A DNA stretch of 64,000 nucleotides from Carcharhinus amblyrhynchos (Eukaryota). Below are positions 49,929 to 63,516 of this stretch, in pieces. Location: contig OZ336890.1 of NCBI GenBank assembly GCA_965287045.1, positions 13,764,001 to 13,828,000 of the forward strand, given 5' to 3'. A model generated the notes under the pieces. The model was not told the DNA's origin. It saw only the letters and a list, made by a program, of their open reading frames with translations, and searched no databases. The position numbers and the translations under genes are program-made. Numbering within the stretch: position 1 is the first letter of the stretch; each line of letters opens with the position of its first letter.

Positions 49929-51354
49929 TGATCCACCTCAAATACCACCTGCCAAACCTGTGGCAGAGTCTGCAGCTCGATAATCGGACTACTGAAGAAC
50001 CAACCACCCTGGAGTGGAAGCATGTTACCCATGACTGAGGGACAAGCACAGAAGAAACGTGACTGATTAGTGTGGAACTACTTATGCAACCATCCGGATA
50101 GCAGGTACCATTTCCACCCCAGATAAAATTACAGGTGTGAATTACCAACAGGAGATAACAAATGGTAATGACTTAAAGAAAGTTCCACCATAGATAAACT
50201 GCAGTTCATCTCCATGGCAGATGAATGAAAAATAATTGCCCATTGGAAGAGAAAGTTAAAGACAAACAATTATCGATCCTGGTGACAAGATAGACTGAAT
50301 GATTTTAAATTGTCCTGCAAATCAATTCATAAGATCATGCAGACTCATTCATTTTCTCAAACAATGGTTACTTACAAAGCCAGTGATGGAGGGGTGGACT
50401 AGTTGAAGGCACACACTCGCAGTGAGAAAAATTAGACAGACTTGAATTTGCATAATATCATTCATAATCTAAACTCATTCCAAGGTGCTTCACGGCCAAT
50501 TAAGTACCTTTGAATTATAGCCACTGTTGTAATGCCTGAAATGGGAAGGCAAAGGACTAGAAGTATTATCGTTAGACTATTAAACCAGAAACTCAGCTGA
50601 TGTTCTGGGAGCCTGGGTTCGAATCCCACCACAGCAGGTAGCGGAATTTGAAATATCTGGGATTAAAGAATTACTGATGACCGTGATACCATTGCTGATT
50701 GTCGGAAAAACCCATCTGGTTCACTATTGCCTTTCAGGGACAAAAAAAATCTGTTCTTACCTGGTCTAGCCTACTTGTGACTCCAGAGCCACAGCAGCGT
50801 GGTTGACTCAATTGCCCTCCAAGGGCAACTAGGGATGGGCAATAAATGCTGGACAGCCAGTGATGCCCATGTCTCATGAATGAATAAAAAACAGTAGCCA
50901 ATTTACACACAGCAAGCCCTCACAAACTGCAATGTGATGACCAATCTGTTTGAGATGTTGATTGAGATAAATATTGTTAATGGCATGGGAATAACTTCCT
51001 TGCCTTGAGCGTCTCGTGACCTTTTATCCACACAAGGGCAAATGAGACATCACGTTTAACATTTAATTCAAAGATGGCACATCTGGCACTCAGTGCCTCA
51101 CTGGAATGCCAGCTGTGATATTTGTGCTCACGTCCTGGAGTGGGACTTGAACCCGCAATCTTCTGAATCAATCAAGTCCTATCCACTCCAATACATAAAG
51201 CATGTTTACTGACACGAGTTGGTGAACTTAGTGCTGAGCTATAGGAGATCAATAGTTTACCTGGCCAGCAGGCAAAGGTAAACTGCAACCAGCTTGCTCT
51301 GGAGCCTGTGTGTAGGGCTTGCTTCATTTTTGGTGCTCATTTCACTTTTGTTCA

Positions 51355-51605
51355 TAGAGTCCCTTCAGCACAGAAGGCTGCTGTTTGGCCCATTGAATCT
51401 GCACCAACCCACAATCCCACCCAGGTCCTATTCCTGTAACCCTACACATTTACCCTGCTAATCCCCCTGATGCCGGAGTCAATTTAGCATGGCCAATTAA
51501 CTCTGCACTGTGGGAGGAAATCTGTGCAGAAATGGGGAGAAAATGCAAACTCCACACAGTGACCCAAGGCCAGCATCAAGCCTGGGACCCTGGCACTGTG
51601 AGGTT
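51355..51605 (-). mobile_element. V-SINE (HE1-like), decayed
   Basis: Reverse complement of core (tgcaaactccacacag) and tail. Confidence 0.7.
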
Positions 51606-51624
51606 GTCGACCTCAGAAATGGTG

Positions 51625-51957
51625 ATGTTTCACAAAATCATACTTTATTTACCTAATGTTATTATACTCAATGTTTTGCATTGCAGTACAAACAAGCTAT
51701 AGTTTCATTTATTAAAAAAAGGGACAGGAACAGAATTGCAGAGTTCAAAAATTTGTGTAGTGCAGTATCTCCATCTTCTGGTCATAGGCTAGTACTGCAA
51801 GTAAAATCCAGACCCATTATTAAACATAGGAACTTATTTTCAAGGTGAAGGGAAATTCAGACCATCACAGATGCTCTCCCATACATCAAAAGGTTCCAGG
51901 GTCCATCCAGAGTTTCACTGAAGTCTCTGCATCTCCGCCACTGTCATCATGAATGCC
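51625..51957 (-). other. Candidate terminal exon of an upstream minus-strand gene
   Basis: Acceptor gggtttttcttttacag|GG; phase-0 frame GIHDDSGGDAETSVKLWMDPGTF* (stop 51886-51888); AATAAA at 51708-51713 and 51644-51649. Confidence 0.5.
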
Positions 51958-52023
51958 CTGTAAAAGAAAAACCCAGGTGGTGAGGACCCAACACATCCAC
52001 CCACCTCCCCAGTCCTTCTTGAG

Positions 52024-53576
52024 GAACATAAGAAATAGGAGCAGGAGTAGGCCATCTAGCCCTTCGAGCCTGCCCTGCCATTCAATAAGATCATGGCTGA
52101 TCTGTCGTGGCTCAGTTCCACATTCCCGCCCTCTCCCCATAACCCTTAATCCCCTCGCTTATCAAAAACCCATCAACCCGCGTCTTAAAAATATTTAGCG
52201 AGGCAGCCTCCACCACCTCAAGGGCAGAGAATTCTAGAGATTCACCACCCTTTGAGTGAAGAAGTTCCTCCTCAACTCCGTTCTAAACCGCCCCCCCTTT
52301 ATCTTGAGGCTGTGCCCCCTAGTCCTACTGTCCTTTGAGCGCGAAGAGTCTCTCCACCTCTATCCTATCCATCCCATTCATCATCTTATACGTCTCAATG
52401 AGATCTCCCCTCATTCTTCTAAACTCTAACGAGTACAAGCCTAGTTTATTCAGCCTCTCCTCATAGCTCAACCCCCTCAACTCCGGTATCAGCCTAGTAA
52501 ACCTCCTCTGCACTCCCTCCAAGGCCAAAATATCCTTGCATAAGTACGGCGACCAAAACTGCACACAGTACTCCAGCTGCAGCCTCAATGCCCTATACAG
52601 TCGCAGCAAGACCTCCCTACTTTTATATTCAATCCCCCTCGCTATGAAGGCCAGCATCCCATTTGTCTTCCTGACCACCTGCAGGCTGGGTTTTTGCAAC
52701 TCATGCATAAGGACCCCGAGGACCCTCTGCACCGTCACCTGCTGCAGTTTTTCGCCATGCAAGTAATAATCCTTCCTACCATTATTCCTACCAAAGTGGA
52801 CCACCTCGCACTTGCCAACATTAAATTCCATTTGCCATTTCCTGACCCATTCGCCCAGCCTATCTAGATCCTTCTGCAGACTCTCCACACCCTCCGCACA
52901 ATTTGCCGTTCCACCATCATCAGCAAATTTCGACACCCTACACTCGGTTCCCTCCTCCAGATCATCTATATAAATGGTAAATAGCTGAGGCCCCAGCACC
53001 GACCCCTGGGGCACTCCACTAGCCACCAACCGCCAATCCGAATAGCACCCATTAACCCCCACTCTCTGCCTCCTATTTGACAACCAATCCTCTATCCACG
53101 CTAACACCCTACCCCCAACTCCATGCCCCCTTACCTTCTGCAATAACCTTGAGGTACCTTGTCAAACGCCTTCTGAAAAATCAAGACATACCACATCCAC
53201 CGGCCTCCTCTATCCACCGCCCTAGACACATCCTCATAGAACTCCAACAAGTTTGTCAGACACGACTTCCCCTTAACGAAACCGTACTGCATCTGCTCTA
53301 TCAAGCAATTCCCCTTAAGATGCCTCGCTATTTCCTCCTTGATGACGGATTCTAACATTTTACCTGCAACAGACGTTAAACTAACCGGCCTATAATTCCC
53401 TGCCTTTTGCCTGGCACCCTTCTTAAACAACAGCGTAACATTAGCCGCTTTCCAATCTTCCGGCACTTCCCCGGAATCCAGCGACGTCTGGAAAATAACC
53501 ACCAAGGCATCCACTATCACCTCCGCCATTTCTTTCAGAACCCTCGGATGCATTCCATCCAGTCCTGGGGACTTGT
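52024..53576 (-). mobile_element. Young CR1 LINE (same family as 36384-38639)
   Basis: ORFs 53131-53553 and 52325-53143 nearly identical to the 36-38 kb copy. Confidence 0.96.
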
Positions 53577-54229
53577 TCTCTTATCCTTGGTGTGACAAGA
53601 CCAGTAGTCAGAGTCTTCAACAGGTCTCAAAGATGGGATATAAACATGCTCCATCAAATCCAAGATACTCAACCTTCAACTAAGGATTGTGAAAGTATGG
53701 CACTCAATTCTCAAATCGGGCTGGGAATTCACCTTCAGTTGCCCTCAGGAGACCAGGTGCACAAATTTTGCTCCTCCTGCTTCATTCCACTCTTTCAGCC
53801 ATCTCAGTTCATCAATGTGAGCATCGAAGACTTGCGCCAGGGAACTGAGATGGCAGCCATCATCTCAATGCAAAAAGCATCAACCAAGTGTAGGCCCATT
53901 CAGTGCAAACTGGGCCCCACCCATCTCAAACAAATATTTTCTTGACTTAAGTCAGCTCTGTTTCCAAAATCTTGCAAAAAGCATAAATTACACACATCAG
54001 GGTTGTATCATTTAAGGTTGTGCATCAGGACAAAGAAAAATTAAGGCAGCATTTTACAACCTTGCTCAGGTAAGGCTTGTAAAATTCTGTTCTGCAAGCC
54101 TTGCCCTCCCTTGAATCAGGGTGGGCAAGGCAGTGAAATTCCAGCCCAAGAGTAACACCAAAGCTCAAAAAATGCAGCCACTCACGTGCTTAGAAGACCC
54201 CCTAATTTCTAGTTAAAAAAATAGAGATG

Positions 54230-55030
54230 CTTGCATCACTAGCAAAGACCACATTTATTGTCCATTTTTAACTGCCCACAAGAAGGTGGTTGTGAAAAAA
54301 CACTGCTCTCACTGTACCATGGTGGAACAAACAATGGTACAAGGTGGTGGATGCTGACTAAATGGGTGCTTTGTCCTAGGTGGTATTAAACTTCAGTTAT
54401 TGGAGTTGCACTCATCCAGGCAAGTGGACAATACTTCATTGCACTCCTAATTTATGCCTTGTAGATGGTGGTCAGGTTTTGGGAGGGAATTGCCTTAGCC
54501 TAAAATTACCAACCATGTAATTAATATGACTTGTCCAGTTAAATTTCTGGCCAATGGCAACTCCAAGGATGTTATTGGCAGGGAAATTCAGCAATAGCAA
54601 TGACTTTGAATGTTAAGCAAAGATGGTTAGATCCTCTCTTGTTGGGAGATGATCATTGTTCACCATATGTTATTTGCCACTCATCAGCCCAAGTCTTACT
54701 GCATGTGTCAATGGTCCGCTTCCATGGCTACAGGGTTGCAAATTATACTCATCAGTACACAAATCAGCAAACATTCCCACTTCAGCCATTACAACAGAGG
54801 GAAGATCATAAAGCAGCTGAAGATGGTTACTTAGGATATTACGCTGAGAAAGTACTGTTGTCATGCCTGGGGCTGAGATGGTAGGCCTCAATCACAACCA
54901 TTTTTTGTTTTAAATATGAATCCAACAGTGGATGGTTCTCTTTCTTCACCACCCCCCGCCACACCAACTTCACTCTAATCGATTCCCACTGACTTCAATT
55001 TTGCCCAGGCTCATTGATGCCACATTTCAC
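54230..55030 (-). mobile_element. Old CR1/L2-group LINE remnant
   Basis: ORF 54670-54891 YDLPSVVMAEVGMFAD (RT FADD region). Confidence 0.6.
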
Positions 55031-55750
55031 AGAACCAGTGTGGCTACAGCACTGGAGGTGACTATTTGGCCTATCATGTTTGCACTATAAATTTACCTAG
55101 TACTACTTGCTCATCTTCATCATACCTGAATAAATTTCACCTTCAAATAATCAAATTCACTTGAATAGTGACATTGAATCTGCCTCCACCACACTCAGTG
55201 CATTCCAGGTTCCAACTACTCACTCTACCAATGATCTTAAACCCATGTACCCTTCTTGATCTTTCCAACAGTAGAAAGTGTTTCCTCCTCTACTCTGTCC
55301 AAACCCCTCATGGAGGAAAGTCTTCACTTCTACAAAATTATCCACATTACAGAATCATGAATTTTTATGTACACTCACATTTTCAACTTAAATGTGAAAG
55401 TATGATTTGGTTGAAATGTTCTAGACAAGTTCAGCATAACCTCCTGGCTTTTATAATTCAAGCCCCTATTAATAATGCCTAGGATGTTGTTTTATTCAGT
55501 GTTCTTTCAACCTCTTCTGCCACATTTCAATGGCATGAGGTTCTTCTGCTCCTAAAATAAAAGTACAATTCTGAAGAGGGTTTATGTGTTCTTCCTACCA
55601 AAATTAATCACTTCACAACACCATCAGCCACTTGTCCACTCATTCTAACTTGTATGTCCTTTTGAAATTCAACACTCCTTCTTTTCAAGCTCCAAACTAT
55701 CTGTAAGCTTTGAAATCAGGCTCTGCATGCCAAGGTCTAGGTCGAGATGA
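55030..55750 (-). mobile_element. Heavily decayed CR1 3' portion
   Basis: Degenerate GIINRGLNYK and VVGTWNAL-like remnants with CR1-like tail. Confidence 0.5.
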
Positions 55751-57974
55751 CATTTGGACCTAGCATATTAATGACAGGGGCAGTGACAATTAACTTGAGT
55801 CCCCACTTCTTATTTACCTCAGCTTTCCTCTTGTTATTCTATTCCTTCATTCTTATTTAAAGAACATTTCTTGAAAATGTTCAAGGGCTCAGAGAAATGC
55901 ATCTGCATTTAACCTTGCAGCATCCATACTGACAAGAGTTAAAGCAAGTTAACAGTGGGCAAAATGTCTGGACCAGGAAATCCTTAACTGAACCTGAAGA
56001 GGGTGGTGAGCGGTTTTCTTGAACTGCATATGTGGTACAGTGAAGGTATATAGTGCTTGAGATGGCAAGCTCCAGGATATGGACACAGTAATTATGAAGG
56101 AACAGCAATACACAGTCAGGATGCTGTGACCTGGAGGAGATGAGGTTGTGTAAAACACACAAGCTTTGGGATTATACTTTATGTACATACGTAGTTTACG
56201 TTCCATATGAGTCTCTTTCCAACCTCCACCATCTAACTGATTTATTTTCTATTCCCTCCTCATTGGTCTTTATCAAATCTCCCCTTAAAAAATGTTTCTA
56301 TGCAATTCAATCTAATCACACCATGTTGCAGCAAGTTCCACAACTAAATAGTTAACCACTTTAAACATTTCTCCTAAATTTTCCTGATGAGATCCTACGG
56401 ATCTGCAATTTTAGAAGAAGGTGTGAAATAAAACTTTTAAAACTCCCATAAGTACAATAATTGCACGTTTACATCAAAGACAATTCCTTGATGAATTACA
56501 GAGTACAACTGTATACTGAACTAGAGACTTGAGAGTCAATCACATCACCAAATTAAGACTGTTCAAGAGTCCTGCAATTCAGGAGGCACTAGGTACATAA
56601 CCAGTGAAATTCTCAAATTCCTCCATCTCCAATTGCTACCCAAGGCAGTGTGACACATCAGGAATTAAAGTCTTGAGAAAGTATCCTTCCCCCAGCTCCA
56701 GCAATTTGTCCCCGTTAGTTAATTTCAATTCTGACTGCCTCTAAGGGGAATAGAGTTTTCCTGAATAGGAAAGTATTGTAAAATCACTATCCAACAGACT
56801 GCAGAAAACAGGCTTTAGACATCTAAAGCAGTGGCATCGTGCTGCTCTCCAGTGGCAAATTCTTATTGACTTTGATCAACTGGTGAATTTATCTGGGCAA
56901 ATTTTGACATTGCTCAGTTTAACATTTGAGTGTCTTGTTCCACCAATATAACCAATCCGCAGTGTACAACTGCAGCCAGCAACCACGACTTTTGCATTTC
57001 ATTTATGTTCTATTTTGATTTTTAATGAAGTAATTTTATATTTTCCCACTTAATAGACACTGATCTTAACCCAATGACTATGCTCGAATTAAATCAAGTA
57101 ATAATCAGTAGTAACCTATTTTCTGGATCTTTTTCCTTTGTGGTGGCCCGCTGTTGCTTCGGCTAAGTTTTTGTTTTTTTACTTTCTCAAGCTAGAATAC
57201 CAAGACTACTGTTCTATAGCATTTTTTGACCCTTGTATTACAGACCAAGTCATTGAATAATTTTCTGTTGTGGTCACATGAAACATAACATTAAGTTTAA
57301 TTAATGGACGCAACACTTGATGGCAGATGAAAAGACACCAGAGTTACACAAACAACTTGAACACTTAAGTCTGCACAATCTTGTGGTCCGTGAGCAGAAC
57401 TGATAAGGGCTGGCATTTGTTTTAGGAAAGCTTGTAGCAGGTTAAGACTGGAACAGAGCCAGAAAACCAGCTTAAAGGGACATTGCTTTGGAGGCTCAAG
57501 GTTACAGCTGGATAGAATAGTCAACCATGGGCAAGAGGAGGAAGTGCCACAGGTGGAGTAACTGACCATTGTGCCTACCCATGGGAGTTACTCAGCAACT
57601 TGGTAATGTATGCACCAAGGGAACAGTAGTAATACATGTACCAATTTGGAGAGCTGTCATAGAACAGACCAGATTGTGGGTTATTGTTGGTGTTCAAACA
57701 AACATGTCTTTTCACATATACAAGGAGTTTTCTCCTGTCACATCATTACCTTTCTTCCTTTTTCTATATTATCTCCTTATATTCTTAATTCTACTTATAA
57801 GATCAAATTCATTATTCAATTATTGTTTGAATACTTGTCACAGCTGTACTCTAGACACAACCAGACTGGCTTCAAACCTAAATGAGATTCTTAAAATGGG
57901 ATTCTTGTGGGTCTGTACAAGTTGAAGATTTTGCTTTGTGCCTATAGCTGTCCACACAAAAACAAACTTGGCTT

Positions 57975-58205
57975 TAGTTTATTTATCAGTGTCACAACTA
58001 GGCTTACATTAGCACTACAATGAAGCTGTGAAAACCCCTTACTCGCCACACTGGCACCTGTCTGGGTATACTGAAGGAGAATTTAGTATAGTTTACTCCC
58101 TCCTGGAGAAAATCCATGCAGACATGGGGAGAATGTGCAGACTCTGCAGACAGTGACCCAAACCAGGAATTGAATCCAGATTCCTGGCACTGAGGCAGTG
58201 CCAAC
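57975..58205 (-). mobile_element. V-SINE, alternative-tail subfamily
   Basis: Core gagtctgcacattctcc; tail aagcctagttgtgacactgataaataaa. Confidence 0.7.
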
Positions 58206-58539
58206 CGCAAAATGAAAGTGGAGAATGTGGGAAAGAGTTAAACATCACTTGTTCAATTGCTAGTTAGCCTGAACTGTTGGAACTATTGACACTGCTGGAA
58301 AAAAGGTAAGCCATCTTATAGTTAAGTCATTTTGATGACTGCCAAATTCATTACGAACCCATCACAATATTATACATGTTGATAAAGTATTGTACTCTTT
58401 CATCTCTGTAATCTAAAGATCAACTCCAAGACCTAATGCATGAAATTGCTTTAACCTCAGTAAAAAAAATAGCATGTGGTATTTAAAACTAATAACCAGT
58501 CTCTAGCATCAATTGGCCTGAATTTCAATTAAAATTCTA

Positions 58540-59565
58540 TAGAGAAAAAAACCACTAGTTTTATTTGCATTCAGATCTCCTGCATAACTTCTAAACTTTG
58601 ACTTTTTTTTTTATTTCTAAGCTATACATTTTGGCTTGTTCCTTTCCAAAGCTGTGCCACAGGTCAAAACAGCAGCAGCCTACCAAATTAGTGGAACATT
58701 TTCAAATACATTTTGAAAGTAAATGAGGACTAAAGCATGCAATCAACCACCATAAATAGTTTGACATTAAAAAAGTGGATGAAAACACAAATTTTATAAA
58801 TGTATATTTTTATCCACGCTACTAAGACATTATTGCACACGTTTTCAGATATTTGTCAATAAAAAGGCAGGTGGCAAAACACAATGAACTTAAATCAGAA
58901 GGAACAAACCTCAGACAAGAAAACTCATCAAGATTACACGGGGCAAATAATATTAAAATATAGATATAGATATATATATATAGTAATTTACAATAAGATT
59001 ATATGATCAAAGCTGAAACCCTGAAACTGTGTCCTATATTAACTGCATTGATATTAGTCAATTATTTGACCCATATATATTTTATATAATAAATCTAGTT
59101 TTTTTAAGTAACTACTGGCAATTGACAGCCACCACTCCAAATGGCCTTCAGTATGGGTAATGAAGGAGATGGAATCTGTGACACCAACATAAAGGCTACA
59201 TGAAGAAAATCCATAAATAATGAACTTTTCAATTCTGAGCTCATTGGAAGCACACGATATTCTATACCAATCCTGGTACTGGATCAGCAATTCCTACATA
59301 ATTCAGAACCAAATTCTAAACTTGGATTGCAGTTTGGTACTTCAGAAAGAGAGACAAACCTATTTTTGGTGGTCAGGTCAGAAGATCTGATAATGTTGCC
59401 ATTTGTATGGAAATGTGGCGATGGTGCTCAGTCCTGGACATTGCACTCCAAATGATGAATAATTTCTGCACAAAGATTTCAAATAGGCTTGTCCAGAAAA
59501 TGATTCTGCTTTCTTTAATTTTGTAACATGTTTACAACATTCAATCACTTCAAAAATGAGTGCAC
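58540..59565 (-). other. Candidate terminal exon / 3'UTR
   Basis: Very strong acceptor cattttccttcctccttttctcactcttcgcacccccag|GT; AU-rich, repeat-free downstream; AATAAA at ~58610-58615 and 58560-58565. Confidence 0.5.
58958..58982. repeat. Short TA-rich microsatellite
   Basis: atatagatatagatatatatatata. Confidence 0.8.
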
Positions 59566-59989
59566 CTGGGGGTGCGAAGAGTGAGAAAAGGAGGAAGGAA
59601 AATGCGTTTAAGTTTTATATTGTTTGTTAGCCAGTATGAGAACTATATGGGGAAATTTTAATAGCGTCAGAAATTACCTACATCTTCAACTGTTCTCTGG
59701 TTAATAGAAGTTTAAACAATTTCACTTAATTTGAACTGTGCTATGACTAGGCCTAATTTTACAAATGAAATATAATCCTTAGATTTAAAAATGGACCTTG
59801 AACTAAACCTAAAAGATTTTCTTCCAGCAAGCTGGGCTGCTTGTCATTCTTGCTCCTTCACTTGGAGCCCCCACATTTGAGTTAAACAAGTTAGTACATT
59901 CAGTTTGAAAAAGAACAATCCCAACTTCAATCTGCTTCTTAGAGAGGGAGAGTCAACCATCAATAGTCATTATACCCAACTGTTTATGT

Positions 59990-60270
59990 TTGCTTTAGAT
60001 TTAAAGCATAGACACCCTAAGCTTAAAGCAAGATTGCACAGGATCATGGATAAGAGATATATTGGGGGAAAAGAGTGAGGAAGAATCTTTTAAGGCAGCA
60101 AATGTCAATCATCTGGAGCTCACTGCTTGAAAAAACAAAAACAATTTGAAAAGGACATTTGAGTGAAGTCAACTTGCAGGGCTATGGGGATACAGCAGGG
60201 GAACGAGGCTAACTGGATTGCTCAACATTTTTGGATCTGGTAGGCTGAATGGCCTCCTTCTCTACCACGA
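59990..60270 (+). mobile_element. Decayed CR1 3' end
   Basis: LQGYGD.AGE-like remnant and ggctgaatggcctccttct tail. Confidence 0.55.
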
Positions 60271-60568
60271 GTGCCTTAACGATAAGCATCTTCTTTAAAC
60301 CATTCAATTTCCAAGACACAACAAGCCTGGTTGCAGCCCCCTTCACCCCCCAAGCCATGGTTCCGACTAGTTAAAATTTAAAAATAACTGTCAAATAAAC
60401 AGTTCAGTTCTGGAAACTGAAACTTGACTTTCAAAAAAAAGAATAAAAAGGAACAAGTTTGGGAATACAGTTTCTTTCCCAACTATTATTTCAGAAAAGA
60501 TTTTGGTCCCAGCTCCCAATTAACAACAATTTTCAGAACAAAATATAAATTTTTTTTAAGAGCCTTAC

Positions 60569-60654
60569 TGATCTACTTGGGTTTTTCATTCACAAAAGCT
60601 GCTGCCCAAGAGGATCCCCCTGCTTCAGTATGACTGCAACGCTGAAATGTCCAC
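60569..60654 (-). other. Candidate 86-nt cassette exon
   Basis: Acceptor ccattcgttattgtggttag|GT and donor TCA|gtaagg; all three frames stop inside the exon. Confidence 0.3.
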
Positions 60655-61079
60655 CTAACCACAATAACGAATGGAGATACTGCAGGTATTTGTCTTCTCC
60701 CATACCAGCTGCCCAATAATGAAACTAAGAGCTCAAATGAAAATGAATTTTAAGTGACTGACAGCTTTCTGTATGGTGAACCTTTTCAAAGTTAGCAATG
60801 ATAGGCAGGAGACCAAACCTTATAACTCATCTGTCCTAAACTTAATACTAACCAACCATCGACTGGTACAGAATCCCAGCTTCACAAATTACTAAAACCC
60901 TCCCAATCTATATGTGATAAAATTGGATTGTGAATGTTTTTGTTTAGTAATATTTCAGTAGCTAGTCATGCAAATAAATTTACCTTTGCTGTAAGCCAAA
61001 CCAGTGATAGTTTCAGTTTCTTAACTTATAGGTCAAATGTCATAGGTAAATTGTAACAACTGAGCAAAGCATTGACTGA

Positions 61080-63516
61080 TTTATTTATAAATTATGTAGG
61101 CAGTTTTGTGATACAATTTCAAGTAATTCCATCTACACACTGGGAATTTAACAGTTAAATGAAGTATATTACTTGATGGTGGAATTGCCAGCAAGAGAAC
61201 AAATCTGAATATTGCTGCAGTCCTAACTGAATTTAATTGAAGAACCAGATGCATATTATCCAAGACCCTAGTTAACTATGACATGTCTTGCTTATAACTT
61301 TAGCTGCAATGGAGGCACCATTGAGTGCTTAATGAATACAAAACTTTCACAGAATCAAAGAAAGCAAAATACATTCAAAAATGAGAAATTGATCCCCCCT
61401 ACCCTGCTGCCCTCCCTCTCCCAAATGCTGGAAATGATGTGCCTCAGAAACTGCAATTGATTTAAGTCTGATATCAGCAAAATTCAAAAATAGTTTTCTA
61501 GTTGTAAATGTCTTCCTTACAAAACCAGTTAACCAGGTAAATATCACATTAACATGTCAGTTAATACTGTAAACTTAGATCACATTCCACTGAATTGAAC
61601 TCACATCATTCTAACATTAACTTGATGATTCATTATTCTCAGAATCCCCAAAACACAATATTCAATTATTTCAATACAATCTGAACAAGATATGAATTGG
61701 GCTGGTGCTCAAATTTGTAACTTTAAAATACAATTTTACAAATAAAATGTAAAATCTTAATAATTCAACCATTATAAGTGACACTTTTCCACAGGAAAGA
61801 AAGGTGTTTTAATTCTAGCTACATCTTTTCTAATATTAACATATTTCACATCAGTAACTTAAGTTTTTTTTTTAAAATAACTTATATCCTGAAGCACCCA
61901 AGAATTTAGTTACTTACACTGGTTTTTTTTTTACAGGAATTTGTTGTTTAAATGAAAGACAATGTGTCTTGGTTTTAAGAGCTGAAGATTTGAAGCAAAC
62001 AAACAGCAAGGAGAACTCTAAATTGATGCTTTATAAAGCAACAAGTTCTGTATAGTCAGTAAATCACTGATTAATGTATGCAGTAATGTCTTAATGTTTT
62101 GATAGTTCTCAGTTTCTGGTTTTGTCTCAGAGTACTAATTCTGCATGCCATTTCAGTAGAACAGTACTCTGCTGGGACAAGTACTTTAACATTCAATATA
62201 CATATTGCAAAAGTATGACTGAATGAAATTGGAACCATCCTAATACATAGGATGAGAAATCAAAGTTTGGAGGACTACATTCCCCCATACAGCAATCTTA
62301 TGGCAACACTGGAAAAGTTAATTTTCTAAGCAACTAATCTTGACATTCAGAACCTTATTCTAACATATTCCCTGGAAACAAAAGGTTTTTGGTGCCCAAC
62401 AGTATTTGTTTCTTAATATTGTGCAAATGAAAATTAAAAGCATGAAAACAGAATTCAGACTCAATATAGTGCATCTTAATTTGTTACTAATTCCCTTCTG
62501 CTCTCAGTAGCTGGATAGAGTGATATCTGTTTTATAGGCACTTCATTTGCGAATTATCAAATGTACTTGATATATTGCATTAAAGTGAGATGGCAGACTT
62601 GCCCAACAATAAAGGCAAACTGTCAACCAGGACACCTTCTGGAGGGGGAATGGGCTGTCTAGTTATTTTGCCCTGTTCAAGAATGATCTGACATTCAAAA
62701 ATCAATTATTCCAAATGGGCAAAATAGCATAAACATATTTTTTTTTGTTTAATGCGTGAAAGAAAAATAAGGAAATGCAGTAAGGAAAAGTTGGCAGCTA
62801 GTGAGAAATGTCATTTGGTGTTAAGTGATGCAAGTAAACACCAATGCCTGCATTCTATGCTATATAGAAAACTATTCAAGTAAATAATTTGGAAATATGC
62901 CAGTTAACAGAAGCAGATAACAGTGCAGAATTTCCAAAAAGGAGGCCCTTGGCTTATTATGTCTTAATTTGACCATCAGATGAATCCGAACAGAACAAAA
63001 GTGGGACATTTTCCAATAACCAACTGGTTAAAACTGCAGACAACCTTTGGTTAACATGTTTTCACTGAATATCATGACTAGTTGCGACAATGAAATATAG
63101 GACTTCCGTTTTCATACCTCCAAAGGCAAAAGAAAAATAACATAATGGCAATGTGAGTCTGCGTTTTGTCGCATAGATCAGAAATAATCTAACACACTGC
63201 ATTTCCATGGAGTTCTGAATCCAGATTTTAGTCTTTGTTGGACGTGATAAGTTTCATAAAATCGTTGACATTTAATCCAGACTCCACTGCAGACCCTCAA
63301 ATTGTGGGCTGTTTATTCTCATGTCACAGCTCTGTTAATACGAATGAACCTCTCCTCCAAACATCTTAATTTGGGTTTGTAGCCAACATGAACTGCTTCA
63401 GCATCAGTCTTAATGTTCAAACCAATAACAAAGACACTGAACATAAGTTTGTATTGCTCAGCTTTCAGCGACTCTTCCTCCTGTGGGCTTCTTTAACTAA
63501 TTGAAGTCATTTTCCA
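61080..63516 (-). other. Candidate terminal exon with a long 3'UTR
   Basis: Acceptor tctcacttactgttgcag|TG; early stops in all frames (WKMTSIS*, xENDFN*, xGK*); ~2.4 kb with no recognisable repeats, U-rich on minus; AATAAA near 61082. Confidence 0.4.

Larger units (their letters stand above)
43850..50060 (+). mobile_element. RTE-clade LINE remnant carrying three nested LINE insertions
   Basis: KASGADGI..ILKCGG (45960), LQYADDA (~48100), HFPY, RDLKPSTKLMVYR.VV.PALLYASETW, MP..RFPKQVL, and a C-terminal CQTCGRVC at ~49950. Confidence 0.8.
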
